Shown here in pieces: positions 1 to 9,804 of a stretch of 64,000 nucleotides of DNA. Origin of the DNA: Acidimicrobiia bacterium. GTDB taxonomy: Bacteria; Actinomycetota; Acidimicrobiia; IMCC26256; PALSA-610. Location: the NCBI GenBank assembly GCA_052148155.1, contig JBKQIY010000144.1:547-64546 (forward strand), read 5' to 3'. The translations under genes were made by a program, and so were the position numbers. Positions within the stretch are counted from its first letter, which is position 1. Each line of letters begins with the position of its first letter. The notes beneath the pieces are model-generated. The model saw only the letters and a program-made list of their open reading frames with translations, searched no databases and was not told the origin of the DNA.

Positions 1-1
1 G

Positions 2-643
2 TGGAAACTGAAAATCATTATCGGCACGACGCGGCCGACTCGGGCTGCAGATCTGGTGCACCCGTGGGTTGTCGGGCAGGCACGAGCGCACGGTGCGTTC
101 GACGTGGAGGTGCTTGACCTTCGCGACTGGCCGCTGCCCCTGTTTCAGGAACACATGGGTTCGATCGGCGACTTCACTGATCCCACGTATTCCGAACCGG
201 TCGTGCGGCAATGGAATCACAAGATCAAAGAGGCGGACGCCGTGCTCGTGATCACCGCTGAGTACTTGCACTCGGTGCCTGGCGTCCTCAAAAACGCGTT
301 GGACAGTATCTTCGTGAGCTTTGCGTTGCGGAACAAACCCATCGCCGGCGTTGGATACAGCGGAGGCGTTGCAGCCGGAACTCGCGCGATCGAGCATCTC
401 ATGGCGATAGCGATCGAGGCAGAAATGGTTCCCTTGCGCCAGACCGTCCTGATACCACACGTCAACGACGCCTTCGACGACGCGGGCGTGCCGATCGACC
501 CGGCAACCAACGTTGCAATGACCGTGATGCTCGATGATCTTGCGTGGTGGTCGGCGCTGCTGGCAAACGGACGAGCGCAGGGCGAACTCCCGCCCGCAGT
601 GTTCAGAATGAGAGCGGCGCTCGCCGCACTGCAGGCCGACTAG
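2..643 (+). CDS. NADPH-dependent FMN reductase family protein (5' end cut by window edge)
   Basis: Frame is open from the window edge (WKLKIIIGTTRPTRAADLVHPW...), so the start lies upstream of base 1; ORF-track 56..643 is the internal-start version. Core AVLVITAEYLHSVPGVLKNALD resembles the conserved E-Y-x-x-S-hPG-LKNAhD core of FMN_red proteins. Confidence 0.7.
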   Translation, partial: WKLKIIIGTTRPTRAADLVHPWVVGQARAHGAFDVEVLDLRDWPLPLFQEHMGSIGDFTDPTYSEPVVRQWNHKIKEADAVLVITAEYLHSVPGVLKNALDSIFVSFALRNKPIAGVGYSGGVAAGTRAIEHLMAIAIEAEMVPLRQTVLIPHVNDAFDDAGVPIDPATNVAMTVMLDDLAWWSALLANGRAQGELPPAVFRMRAALAALQAD

Positions 644-1100
644 CGCAGAAACGACGAGCTCAACCCGGGCGCACGGACACAATCCTCGACAGAATCGAAG
701 CACGCGGCGCGCCAGAACTGTCCGTCGCGCCGCTTCGGGCAGTGTCGGTGTGGCTTGGGCCGCCAGAGGCGCCCGGGATGGTGACCCGCCCGTCACACGT
801 GCGGACCACGCGGTGTGTGAATCGAAACCGCGGGCGCTCCGCAGACCACCTCTGGACCCATTGAGACAGCCCGGTTCCCTATGCGAATTCGCGAACCCGA
901 CGAAATCGGATCAGGGATGACGCGCCGTCACCTTTTTGGTGCGGCGATGGCCGGGACCCTGGGACTGTCGGCTGATCGTGCCGGTTGGGGGCGCGCGTTC
1001 GACAGACGCCTGTTCCCAAATCCCGCCTCGGGTGCCCCCGACCGGGACCGGGACGTTCCCGATCGCGGCGTGCCGTCGCAGAATGCGGCAAGCTGAGCGA

Positions 1101-2549
1101 ATGGAAATGCCGACCGTCGCTGACGCGGCGAAGCTCATCCGTGCGGGCCGGCTGTCTGCCGAGGAGCTGATGGTCGCGTGTCTCGACGAAATTGAGCGTG
1201 GCAACCCCGACCTCAACGCGTTCGTGTATATCGATGCCGAGCATGCGCTGGGAGCAGCCAGGGCGGTCGACGCGATGGTGCACGACCGACGATTGAGCGA
1301 ACTTGGGCCCTTGGCAGGCGTGCCGTTCGGGGTGAAGGACCTCGAGGATTGTGCCGGCATGCCGACAACGCGTGGGTCGCGCTGGTTTGCGGACGGTCCG
1401 GCGAAGGCGGCCGACTCGATCCACGTCGGCCGGCTGCGGGCCGCGGGCGCCATCCCGGTCGGTAAGACCGCGACACCCGAGTTTGGGGCGTGGGCCTATA
1501 CCGCCAGTCCGCTGCTCGGGGTCACGCGCAACCCGTGGAACCTCAGCTGCACACCGGGCGGGTCGAGTGGCGGCACTGCCGCCGCCGTGGCGTCGGCAAT
1601 GGTGCCGTTCGGTACGGCGAGCGACGGTGGTGGTTCGATCCGGACCCCGGCCAGCTTCACCGGGCTCGTAGGACTCAAGAGCACCTACGGGCGTATCCCT
1701 ACCTTCGGCGACACGCATCTCGCCCAGAACGCTGTGGTCGGATGCCTGACGACGACCGTGGCTGACACCGCCTTGTTGCTCGACGTCATGGCCGGACCCG
1801 ACGCCCGTGATCGCACATGCCTACCAGCCCCGACCGGCAGCTACCTCGACGCGCTCGACGCAGTCGGACTCCAAAGCTGTCGGGTCGCATGGTCCTTGGA
1901 CTTCGGCTTCGCAACCATCGACCATGAGGTGGGAGCCCTCTGCGAGCAAGCCGCGCAGGCCTTCGTCGGCGCAACGGGCGCGTCACTCGTCGACCGGCCA
2001 ATCCAGCTCGAGGATTACATCCGCACCTACGCCTTCGTCGAAGGTGTCGACAAGTTCGTCGGCATCGAACGCGACTTGTGGGAGAGCCGACTCGGCGAAC
2101 TCGACCCGCTGTCGGCGCCAGGTTGGACCCGCCTCAGCATGAAGACGTTGCCGTGGGCTGCGTCAGTGGAGTACGACCGTCGGCAGCTCGTCGCCGACGT
2201 TGCCGCGATCTTCGACGACGTCGACCTCATCGTTACGCCGATGTCTTCGATGCGACCATTTGCCGCGCAGGGACCGATGCCCACCAGCATCGACGGCACC
2301 GAGGTACACGGTGGCATGTCGGTCGTGCTCGCGATGCTCGCCAACCTCGTCAACCTGCCCGCCATTAGCGTTCCCGCTGGTCTGGTCGCAGACGGTCTCC
2401 CAGTCGGCCTCCAGATCATCGGACCGCGCTTTCGCGAGGACCTGGTCTTGGCCGCCGCCGCACGGTACGAGTCAGTACGACCCTGGCCCCGCCATAGCGC
2501 TCGCACATCACCTCCGTCAGCAGGCCGACGCGCGAACGAAACTACATAA
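1101..2549 (+). CDS. amidase (amidase-signature family)
   Basis: ORF 936..2549 trimmed to in-frame ATG 1101 (MEMPTVADAAKLIRAGRLSAEEL). Amidase-signature motifs GVPFGVKD, GGSSGGTAAAVA, DGGGSIRTPA. Confidence 0.85.
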   Translation: MEMPTVADAAKLIRAGRLSAEELMVACLDEIERGNPDLNAFVYIDAEHALGAARAVDAMVHDRRLSELGPLAGVPFGVKDLEDCAGMPTTRGSRWFADGPAKAADSIHVGRLRAAGAIPVGKTATPEFGAWAYTASPLLGVTRNPWNLSCTPGGSSGGTAAAVASAMVPFGTASDGGGSIRTPASFTGLVGLKSTYGRIPTFGDTHLAQNAVVGCLTTTVADTALLLDVMAGPDARDRTCLPAPTGSYLDALDAVGLQSCRVAWSLDFGFATIDHEVGALCEQAAQAFVGATGASLVDRPIQLEDYIRTYAFVEGVDKFVGIERDLWESRLGELDPLSAPGWTRLSMKTLPWAASVEYDRRQLVADVAAIFDDVDLIVTPMSSMRPFAAQGPMPTSIDGTEVHGGMSVVLAMLANLVNLPAISVPAGLVADGLPVGLQIIGPRFREDLVLAAAARYESVRPWPRHSARTSPPSAGRRANETT

Positions 2550-3257
2550 CTCGACGAGTGCTACGCGTCCGAAAGAGACGTCAGGCAAGACACCGATCGC
2601 CGGTCTCGAAGTACCAGCACACGCGCGGCTGAGCCTCGCGCTCCGGGCTGTCGCCTGCGGCTGGGTCGCTCGTTTTGCTCCGCTCGGCCGGGTTCAGTGC
2701 GGCGACGGCAGGCGGCGTGCGTGGTGGTGTCGGGCCGCCGGAGCCGGCATTGTGCCGTTGCGTTGCGGGCTGGAGACATGTCGTGTTGCCGCCGACGCGG
2801 ACGTGTAGGGATCGGTTCGTTCGACTTAAGAGCCTCGGAATCAGATCACGGGAAGGTTGGGAATGCGCGACCGGATGTTCTTCATGCCTGCGATGACGGC
2901 CCGAGGAACCGGTCGGGGTCTCCGAGGAGGGGACGCGCGTCGAGAGACGGACACGGAACTGCCGACGATCCGCGGCCAAGGTTGACACGACCCCGACCGA
3001 CCGTTAAACGGTCGGTCGGCGGGTATGGGACGAGCGCGTGGCGAGCACTGATGAGAAGCGTTCGAGGCGTCGGTCGAGGAGGCGCTTGTTGAGGTCAGGA
3101 TCCGTCGGCGAGCGTGGACCGGCTGCGGTTGCGGTTTCGGTGTCGGCCCGGTCTCACCAGCTTCGCCGTGCGCCGTCGTCGCCGATCCTCGACGACCGAA
3201 CAGTGCGGTCTGGTGACTGACCGACCGTTCGGTGACGCGGGTCGGCGGCTCGCGGGT

Positions 3258-4058
3258 ATGGCTCGCGCCGTCGCGCACGATCCGTACGAGGCACGCGAGC
3301 GCGTTCTCGAACGCCTCGACGAATGGAAGGAGCGTCGCCGAGCCCCCTTTCAGCCTCCGATCGTCGGCGGATGGGAAGAGGAGTTCCACGGATTGTTGGG
3401 CGAGCCGTGGCCGTGCCCCGCGCACGACGAGTTCTCGGCGTTGTACCAAGAGGTGATGGCGTCGTTGACGACTCGGGGTCTGCAGGTCGGCCGCGGTGCC
3501 TACGGCGGCTGGGACGACGGTGATGCAGCCCTCGCGCGAACCGCGTGGTGCGCGACGTTGCACACGCGACCTGAGCACGCGATCGAAACCGGCGTGGCAC
3601 GAGGTGTCACATCGCGAATGGTGCTCGAGGCATTCGAACGAAACGGCTTCGGTCACCTGTGGAGCATCGATATCCCACCGTTAATCGAGACGGGCCTGCA
3701 GGCGGAAACCGCGCTCGCGGTGCCCGCAGGCTTGCGCCGACGTTGGCGCTATCTCGCAGGATCGAGCCGCCGCCGCCTTCCCGGACTCGTTTCGATTCTC
3801 GGAACGGTCGATCTCTTCGTTCACGACAGCATGCACACGACCCGCAACGTCGGGTTCGAACTCGCGCAGGTATGGCCGGCGCTGCGCGACGGTGGAGTGG
3901 TTGTCGTCGACGACGTCGAACGCAACTCGGCCTTCGCGGCGTTCGGTGGCGCGACACGCGACTGGCGCGCCGTTGCCGGGAAGGCTGACGACGACCGCGC
4001 AATCGTCGGCGTCGCGCTGAAACGCGCGCCGCCGTCGAGGTCGGTTCCGACTCATTGA
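3258..4058 (+). CDS. class I SAM-dependent methyltransferase-like protein
   Basis: ORF 3114..4058 trimmed to ATG 3258 (MARAVAHDPYE). IETGVARGVTSRMVLEA ... LWSIDI ... DLFVHDSMHT ... GGVVVVDDV resembles a Methyltransf_24/CmcI-like Rossmann methyltransferase. Family call is by eye only. Confidence 0.55.
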   Translation: MARAVAHDPYEARERVLERLDEWKERRRAPFQPPIVGGWEEEFHGLLGEPWPCPAHDEFSALYQEVMASLTTRGLQVGRGAYGGWDDGDAALARTAWCATLHTRPEHAIETGVARGVTSRMVLEAFERNGFGHLWSIDIPPLIETGLQAETALAVPAGLRRRWRYLAGSSRRRLPGLVSILGTVDLFVHDSMHTTRNVGFELAQVWPALRDGGVVVVDDVERNSAFAAFGGATRDWRAVAGKADDDRAIVGVALKRAPPSRSVPTH

Positions 4059-5274
4059 CGTCAACGCGAACGGAATTCCGTACCGCTTTGCGTGTCCCTC
4101 CGGCTCGCCGACGCGCCGATGTGGCCGGCATGTCACGGCAGACTGCGACGTATGGTCCGGTATCGGTCGGCAACGATCGCGGACCGGTTCTGGGAACCGA
4201 CGAGAACGTTCGCGCTGTCGTGGAGGTGTTGCGCGGCTGCGCGGTGGCCTTCACGGTTCCGATACGGGAGGGGCATCATCGGCCGCTCAATGCGCCGTGA
4301 GATCAGGCGACGTTCGACGCGGCTCGGCTGTCAGTCGCGGAAATTGCTCCCGGATGGTGGTCCTGTGCGAGTGTGCAAGGCGCACCGTCAGGATCCCCAG
4401 TTCGGCAATCGCACGGCCGCCGGAGCGGTCGAGGCCTCGGGTCTCGCGGATCCGTGAGCGTGGTTCGGACACTCCGTGCGAACAGACGCCGCGGTTCGGA
4501 CTGCGGCCTATGTCGAGGCATATGGGCGTTCTGAACTCTGATCGGGTTGTCGCCGACACCACCCACCCAAACGAGGGGACGAAGACGCCGGCTCACCTCT
4601 GCATGGTGTCGACCGGCGACGACCCCGATCGAGTTGGAGCGGTGTACTCATACGAATACGGCGGCTGGGTCGAATGAGTGTCCCGGGCGCCCAGGCTGCC
4701 GCGGGCAGGTGGGAGTGCATCACGGACCGTCGCGCGCGTCGCGCGCGGCATCGAACCCAGCTGCTCGGCCTCGGCGGGTGTCGACGCGATCAACCGCCTG
4801 CGACGGTGCGTCAGCCGTGGCCTCGCCGGTGACGTCTCAGGCTGATCTTGTGAAGTGGGCCCGGAAGCTGACAACGAGGGAACCACACCTACAGCTCAAT
4901 CGAGCATCGCCAAGGCGGCCGGCTCACACCCTCGAGGCCGGCTCTTCGGTCGGTCATGTTTCCGGAACCGCATCCGATTCTACGGCGACGGGGGCTCGCG
5001 GGGAAGCGGCATATCGCACCATCTGGGCGACGGCGCGCGGCGACGGAAGCGTCGACGTCATGTGAGACGAGGACCGAATCAGGGCGGCCGCTGCCGGGAA
5101 AGCTGGTCGACGTGAACTGGCAGCGAGGAAGATTGGGAGCGCCGACGTCGGAACGGAGCAACCCGACGGGATCGGCGTTTTCGGTGGTTCATACAGCCGC
5201 GTCGCGCTGTGCGGTCCGCTCTTCGAACGGACCCGATGCCGGCCGCCGTCCAGACGCTGACCGGGTCCGGCCTG

Positions 5275-5856
5275 TCACGTCAGGTTCCGGCTGGCGACGT
5301 AGCGTTCGAATGCGTCGTTGACGCCGTCTGTGTCTCCGGTCGCGAGGAGATCGAGGAGCAGTCCCCGGATGACCGCGACACCAAGGCGCGCCTCGGTACG
5401 GGCGACGTCCTCGGCCACGCCGTTGTCGATGAGGGCGCCGGCCACGGCGTCGATCCAGGAGTCGACGATGTCATCGAGGAGAGAAAGCGCGTAGGGACGG
5501 CCCTGCAACGCGAGGCTGTAAACCTCGAAGAACAGTCGCTCGTGAGGAGCGAGCAAAGGGTCGCTGAGCTGACGCCAGAACCGCCGGGCGACGTCGCCGA
5601 CTGAATCGGCAGACTCGACGAGTTGGGACAGCACGAGTCGTTGGCGGTGTTCCATGCTCCGCACGACCTCGACGAGGAGCGCTTGTTTCGATCCAAAGTG
5701 GTAGATGAGCATTCGGTGGCTCGTGCCCGCCGCGGCGGCAAGTTCGCGTAGCGACAGATCGCTCATCCCGCGTTCGCTGACGTAGTCGATCGTCCGTTCG
5801 AGCAATTGTTGTCTGGGGTTGGTGACGTCGCTGAGCGTCGACTCTGCTATTGCCAT
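5275..5856 (-). CDS. TetR family transcriptional regulator
   Basis: ORF 5275..6300 trimmed to ATG at 5856 (MAIAESTLSDV...). TetR HTH: MSDLSLRELAAAAGTSHRMLIYHFGSKQALL. Start codon abuts the inverted repeat at 5857. Confidence 0.85.
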   Translation of the reverse strand: MAIAESTLSDVTNPRQQLLERTIDYVSERGMSDLSLRELAAAAGTSHRMLIYHFGSKQALLVEVVRSMEHRQRLVLSQLVESADSVGDVARRFWRQLSDPLLAPHERLFFEVYSLALQGRPYALSLLDDIVDSWIDAVAGALIDNGVAEDVARTEARLGVAVIRGLLLDLLATGDTDGVNDAFERYVASRNLT

Positions 5857-5902
5857 GTTCCGTATGGTACATGAAACGTATGGTTCATGTACCATACGGA
5901 AC
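5857..5902. promoter_or_regulatory. perfect 19-bp inverted repeat (8-bp spacer), candidate TetR operator in the divergent promoter region
   Basis: GTTCCGTATGGTACATGAA (5857-5875) / acgtatgg / TTCATGTACCATACGGAAC (5884-5902). It lies between the TetR start (5856, minus) and the SRPBCC gene start (5933, plus). Confidence 0.65.
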
Positions 5903-5932
5903 AGATGAGTAGCTGCTCGCGGGGAAGCCAGT

Positions 5933-6370
5933 GTGGAGCATGACATCACCGTCGAGATAGACGCCGGGCTTGACGCAGTCTGGACGGTGCTAACCGACGT
6001 CGAACGTTGGCCCGAGTGGACCCGCTCGACGCAGAACATCGTCGTTCTCGGCGACGGGAGGGAGTTGCAGGTCGGCACCAGGGCGCGGGTGAAGCAACCC
6101 CGTCTTCCCGCAGTGGTGTGGGAGGTCACCGTCTTCGAACCTTCGCAGACGTTCGTCTCGCAAACCAGGGCCGGCGGGGTCGCCTCCGTCGCCGCACATC
6201 GCCTCAAGGTTGGTGACCGGGGAACCGTGGTCGTGGATCTTGCGATTCGCCAGTCCGGTCCCTTGGCGCCGCTGGCCGCGCGTCCCATGTCGCGGCTCAC
6301 GCGTCGCTATCTGCGTATGGAAGCCGACGGCCTCAAGCTTCGCAGCGAAACTGGAGACAGTTGCTCCTGA
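5933..6370 (+). CDS. SRPBCC (polyketide cyclase/dehydrase, START-like) family protein
   Basis: ITVEIDAGLDAVWTVLTDVERWPEWT is the typical SRPBCC N-terminal pattern. Divergent from the TetR gene. Confidence 0.75.
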   Translation: MEHDITVEIDAGLDAVWTVLTDVERWPEWTRSTQNIVVLGDGRELQVGTRARVKQPRLPAVVWEVTVFEPSQTFVSQTRAGGVASVAAHRLKVGDRGTVVVDLAIRQSGPLAPLAARPMSRLTRRYLRMEADGLKLRSETGDSCS

Positions 6371-6497
6371 TGTGGTGGCGTGTCGTTGATGAGACCACAG
6401 CGGCCGCCGGGAATCGTCCCCCGCCAGTCGACGTCGTCGGGCCCGAACGCCGTTTAGGATCGGACGTTGTGTCAATGGGCGACTCGTCTGGTGATGG

Positions 6498-8102
6498 ATG
6501 GCCTGGAACATCGCAGATCTCACGGAGCACGTCGTCGATTCAGTGCCCAATCGCGTCGCCTTGATCGTCCGGGACGAGCCGCGTACGTTCATCGAGCTTG
6601 AGCGACGCGCGAACCGGTTGGCTCACCACCTTGCCGCGCAGGGGATCGGGGTGGGCGATCACGTCGGGATCTATGGACTGAACAGTCACGCGTTCGTCGA
6701 AACGATCTTCGCGGCCTACAAATTGCGCGCGGTGCCGGTGAACGTGAACTACCGCTACGTCGAAGGCGAGCTGCGGTATCTTTTCGACAACGCCGATCTT
6801 GTCGCGCTCGTACATGACGCGCAGTTCGCGCCGCGCATCCGAGCGGTACGCGATTCGCTGCCGATGTTGCGCCACCTGATCGTGAACGACGACGGCTCGA
6901 ACGAAGACGCCTCGACGATCGGATCTGTTCTCTACGAGGACGCACTTGCGAGTCGAGCGCCAGAGCGTGACTTCGCTGGTAGATCCGGCGACGATATCTA
7001 CATGCTGTACACCGGCGGCACGACCGGCATGCCGAAGGGTGTCGTGTGGCGTCAAGAGGACGTGTTGTGCGTTCTCGGTGGTCTTGTCAACTTCGACACC
7101 GGCGTGCGCGTCGAAGACGAGTGGGAGTTCGCGAACGCCGCTGCCAGGGCGTCTGACGATGTTGGCCTCGGCGTTGTGATCGCGCCGCTGATGCACGGTG
7201 CCGCGCAGTGGGGGACCATCAACGGATTGATCAACGGCCGCACGACGGTATTGATGGCCAGGTTTGATCCGCACGAGGTGTGGAAGGCGATCGAGAAGTA
7301 CCGCATTGCGACGCTCGGCCTTACCGGCGACGCGATGGGTCGGCCGCTCATCGAAGCACTCGATGATGGAGAGTACGACGCGTCCTCGCTCGTCGCGATC
7401 GCTTCGACAGCCGCGATTTTCAGCCCAACGGTGAAAGAACAGTTCCGCGAACGCTTCCCGAACCTGGTCATCGCCGACGCCGTCGGTTCCACCGAGACCG
7501 GCTACAACGGCGTGCAGGTGAGCACGAAGGGCGGAAGCGAGAAGCTCGGCCTTCCGACGGTGCGGATGGGTCCGGACACCGTGGTGCTCGACGACGACAT
7601 GAACGTCGTACAGCCAGGTTCGGGGGTGGTCGGACGCATGGCACGCGGTGGCAACGTGCCGTTGCGATACCACAAGGATCCCGACAAATCAGCGGCAACG
7701 TTTGTGACCGTCGACGGCCGACGCTACGCGATTTCCGGAGACTCGGCGATCGTGGAGGCCGACGGAACGATGACGTTGCTCGGCCGCGGTTCTGAATGCA
7801 TCAACTCTGGCGGCGAGAAGATCTACCCCGAAGAGGTGGAGGCCGCGCTGAAAGCTCACCCGGCCGTGTTCGACGCAGTCGTTGTCGGCGTGCCCGACGA
7901 ACGTTGGGGCGAACGTGTGGCCGCGGTGATCGAGGTGCGGCCCGGTCACGTCGTATCGCTCGAGGACCTTGCCACGCATGCCCGAAACCATGTCGCGGGC
8001 TACAAGGTGCCACGCGAGCTGCACGTTGTCGTTAAAATTGAACGTTCGCCGAGCGGCAAACCGGATTACCCGTGGGCCAAGAACGTCGCGACCGGCGCCT
8101 AA
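6498..8102 (+). CDS. acyl-CoA synthetase / AMP-dependent ligase (FadD-like)
   Basis: AMP-binding motif [17 protein letters not shown]..., GGEKIYPEEVE, C-terminal GYKVPRE...SPSGKPDY. Paralog of 39037..40656. Confidence 0.9.
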   Translation: MAWNIADLTEHVVDSVPNRVALIVRDEPRTFIELERRANRLAHHLAAQGIGVGDHVGIYGLNSHAFVETIFAAYKLRAVPVNVNYRYVEGELRYLFDNADLVALVHDAQFAPRIRAVRDSLPMLRHLIVNDDGSNEDASTIGSVLYEDALASRAPERDFAGRSGDDIYMLYTGGTTGMPKGVVWRQEDVLCVLGGLVNFDTGVRVEDEWEFANAAARASDDVGLGVVIAPLMHGAAQWGTINGLINGRTTVLMARFDPHEVWKAIEKYRIATLGLTGDAMGRPLIEALDDGEYDASSLVAIASTAAIFSPTVKEQFRERFPNLVIADAVGSTETGYNGVQVSTKGGSEKLGLPTVRMGPDTVVLDDDMNVVQPGSGVVGRMARGGNVPLRYHKDPDKSAATFVTVDGRRYAISGDSAIVEADGTMTLLGRGSECINSGGEKIYPEEVEAALKAHPAVFDAVVVGVPDERWGERVAAVIEVRPGHVVSLEDLATHARNHVAGYKVPRELHVVVKIERSPSGKPDYPWAKNVATGA

Positions 8103-8261
8103 AGACATCTGAAATTAAGACCGGCGTTCGTCGAGGACCTGGCTGCACCGTCCACCTTGACACGTCCCCCTCGACCCGGCGCACGATGTCGGTTCTATGT
8201 CGTCCACGAGCTGACCGGCCAACGTCGGGCGGGTTCGCCCTGTCCACCATAAGCTTGTGCG

Positions 8262-8438
8262 GTGCCGACGCCTGTCGGTCCGCTAGGACCCGAAGAGATC
8301 GACCCGAATGATCCCGACCACTGGGACTGGGACGCGCAAGCGCCGCTATCAGTCGCACGGCCACCATGGATCCGCTTCACGGCGTTGGCGATCGCCGTGA
8401 TCCTCGTCCTGTTTGTGATCGCGGAATTCTCTCGGTGA
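8262..8438 (+). CDS. possible small membrane protein (58 aa, below ORF-track cutoff)
   Basis: Own translation from GTG 8262: VPTPVGPLGPEEIDPNDPDHWDWDAQAPLSVARPPWIRFTALAIAVILVLFVIAEFSR*. It has an acidic N-terminus and one C-terminal hydrophobic helix. Third-position GC is only moderate and no RBS was identified. Confidence 0.3.
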   Translation: MPTPVGPLGPEEIDPNDPDHWDWDAQAPLSVARPPWIRFTALAIAVILVLFVIAEFSR

Positions 8439-8531
8439 GCATCGACTCGTACGTCTGACGTCGTCCAGCACTTCTTGTTGGCGACACCGGCGCAAGCCCA
8501 TCGTCGGCCGTACTGGCCGGGTCGTGGAACC

Positions 8532-8549
8532 GCCGGTTTCGAAACCGGC
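8532..8549. repeat. 18-bp perfect palindrome GCCGGTTTCGAAACCGGC in a non-coding-looking stretch
   Basis: Read directly; it is its own reverse complement. Function unknown (protein-binding site or hairpin). Confidence 0.5.
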
Positions 8550-8932
8550 TGGACCAACATTTCGATGTCGAGCCGACGCGTTCGAGGGCCAGCGGCCGAC
8601 GCGTTCGGGGGAGATGTGGATGAAGACTCGAGGCCCGCTGATGGCTTCGGCGCGGCCTGCGATCTCGATCGCTCACGGGTGAGAACCGTCCCCGGCCGCG
8701 ATGCCGTCGATCACGATCGTGGCGCGCCGGCGTGTGTTACGTCTTGGACCGTGAGGTATCAACCGGGCCAGGGTATGAACGTGAGCTGACTGACCACGCC
8801 GCGCGCACAGGTCGTTCGGTCCTCGCGCGGTCCTGCTAGTAGGCATGGCGGTTTGCGGCCAACGCCTCGAACGTGATGACTTGACCCGTCGACGAATGTC
8901 TCCGTGACGGACCGACGAGCGAGAAGGTAGCC

Positions 8933-9535
8933 ATGGGCAACGTCGTAGTCGCACTCTCGATGTCGCTGGACGGGTTCATCGCCGGACCTCACGACGGTCC
9001 CGCCAATCCGCTCGGTGACGGCGGAGCGAGGCTCTTCGACTGGTGGTCAGCCGGCACCGAGCGCGTCGGTGCCGACGACCGCTTCAAGCCGCCGGCGCGC
9101 AGTCGCGCGATCGTGAAAGAAATGTTCGACTGCGGCGCGATCATCACTGGTCGGCGTACCTTCGACATCGCCAACGGCTGGGGCGGGCACCATCCCGTCG
9201 GCGTCCCGTTCTTCTTACTCACCCACGACGCGCCCAGCCGGTACGTGGGAGTAGGTACCGGCGGAACGGTCGTCACCGACGGCATCGAGAGCGCACTTGA
9301 CCAGGCACGCGCGGTGGCCGATGGGCGCGACATTGCCGTCTGTGCTGCTGATGTAGCCCAGCAGTACCTCAAAGCCGGCCTGCTCGACGAAGTCCACGTG
9401 AGTCTTGTTCCCGTGCTGCTCGGCAGCGGTGTGCGGCTCTTCGCGAATATCGAAGACCGCCAGTTCTGCCTCGAATGCACCCGAGTGGTCGAATCCGACG
9501 GCGTCACCCACCTCCGCTACCACGTCGCGAAATAG
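8933..9535 (+). CDS. dihydrofolate reductase family protein (RibD C-terminal domain type)
   Basis: MGNVVVALSMSLDGFIAGP...LFDWW...TGRRTFD...PVFLLTH pattern typical of RibD_C/YwjB-like reductases. Confidence 0.8.
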   Translation: MGNVVVALSMSLDGFIAGPHDGPANPLGDGGARLFDWWSAGTERVGADDRFKPPARSRAIVKEMFDCGAIITGRRTFDIANGWGGHHPVGVPFFLLTHDAPSRYVGVGTGGTVVTDGIESALDQARAVADGRDIAVCAADVAQQYLKAGLLDEVHVSLVPVLLGSGVRLFANIEDRQFCLECTRVVESDGVTHLRYHVAK

Positions 9536-9804
9536 CCAGCGCGAGAGGCGGGACATGGGCAGTTCGTGTGGATTGCGAAGCGTGAAGCTGCGGCTGCGGC
9601 TTGCCACGGCTTGGGCGGTTTCGGTTTCGGGCACGCGCACGCGTCGTGAACCCCGGGCCGGCAATCGATCGACATGTGTTGATGCCAACACGCCTCGGCC
9701 GCCGAAGCCGTGGCAACTTGTCGTCTCGGTAAACAAAGCGTGAAGGACAGGAGATCGGGCGGACTATCGTGCGCGAGCGGTGTACCGCGTGCGAGGCTCA
9801 TGTG

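Noticed and set aside
2581-2988. 135-aa minus-strand ORF ending ...EAQPRVCWYFETGDRCLA, with fairly high third-position GC in its last ~50 codons.
   Set aside because: There is no plausible start codon near the better-scoring part, the upstream two-thirds is Arg/Ser/Pro-rich, and no motif was recognised. It may be a gene remnant, but this is not supportable as a feature.
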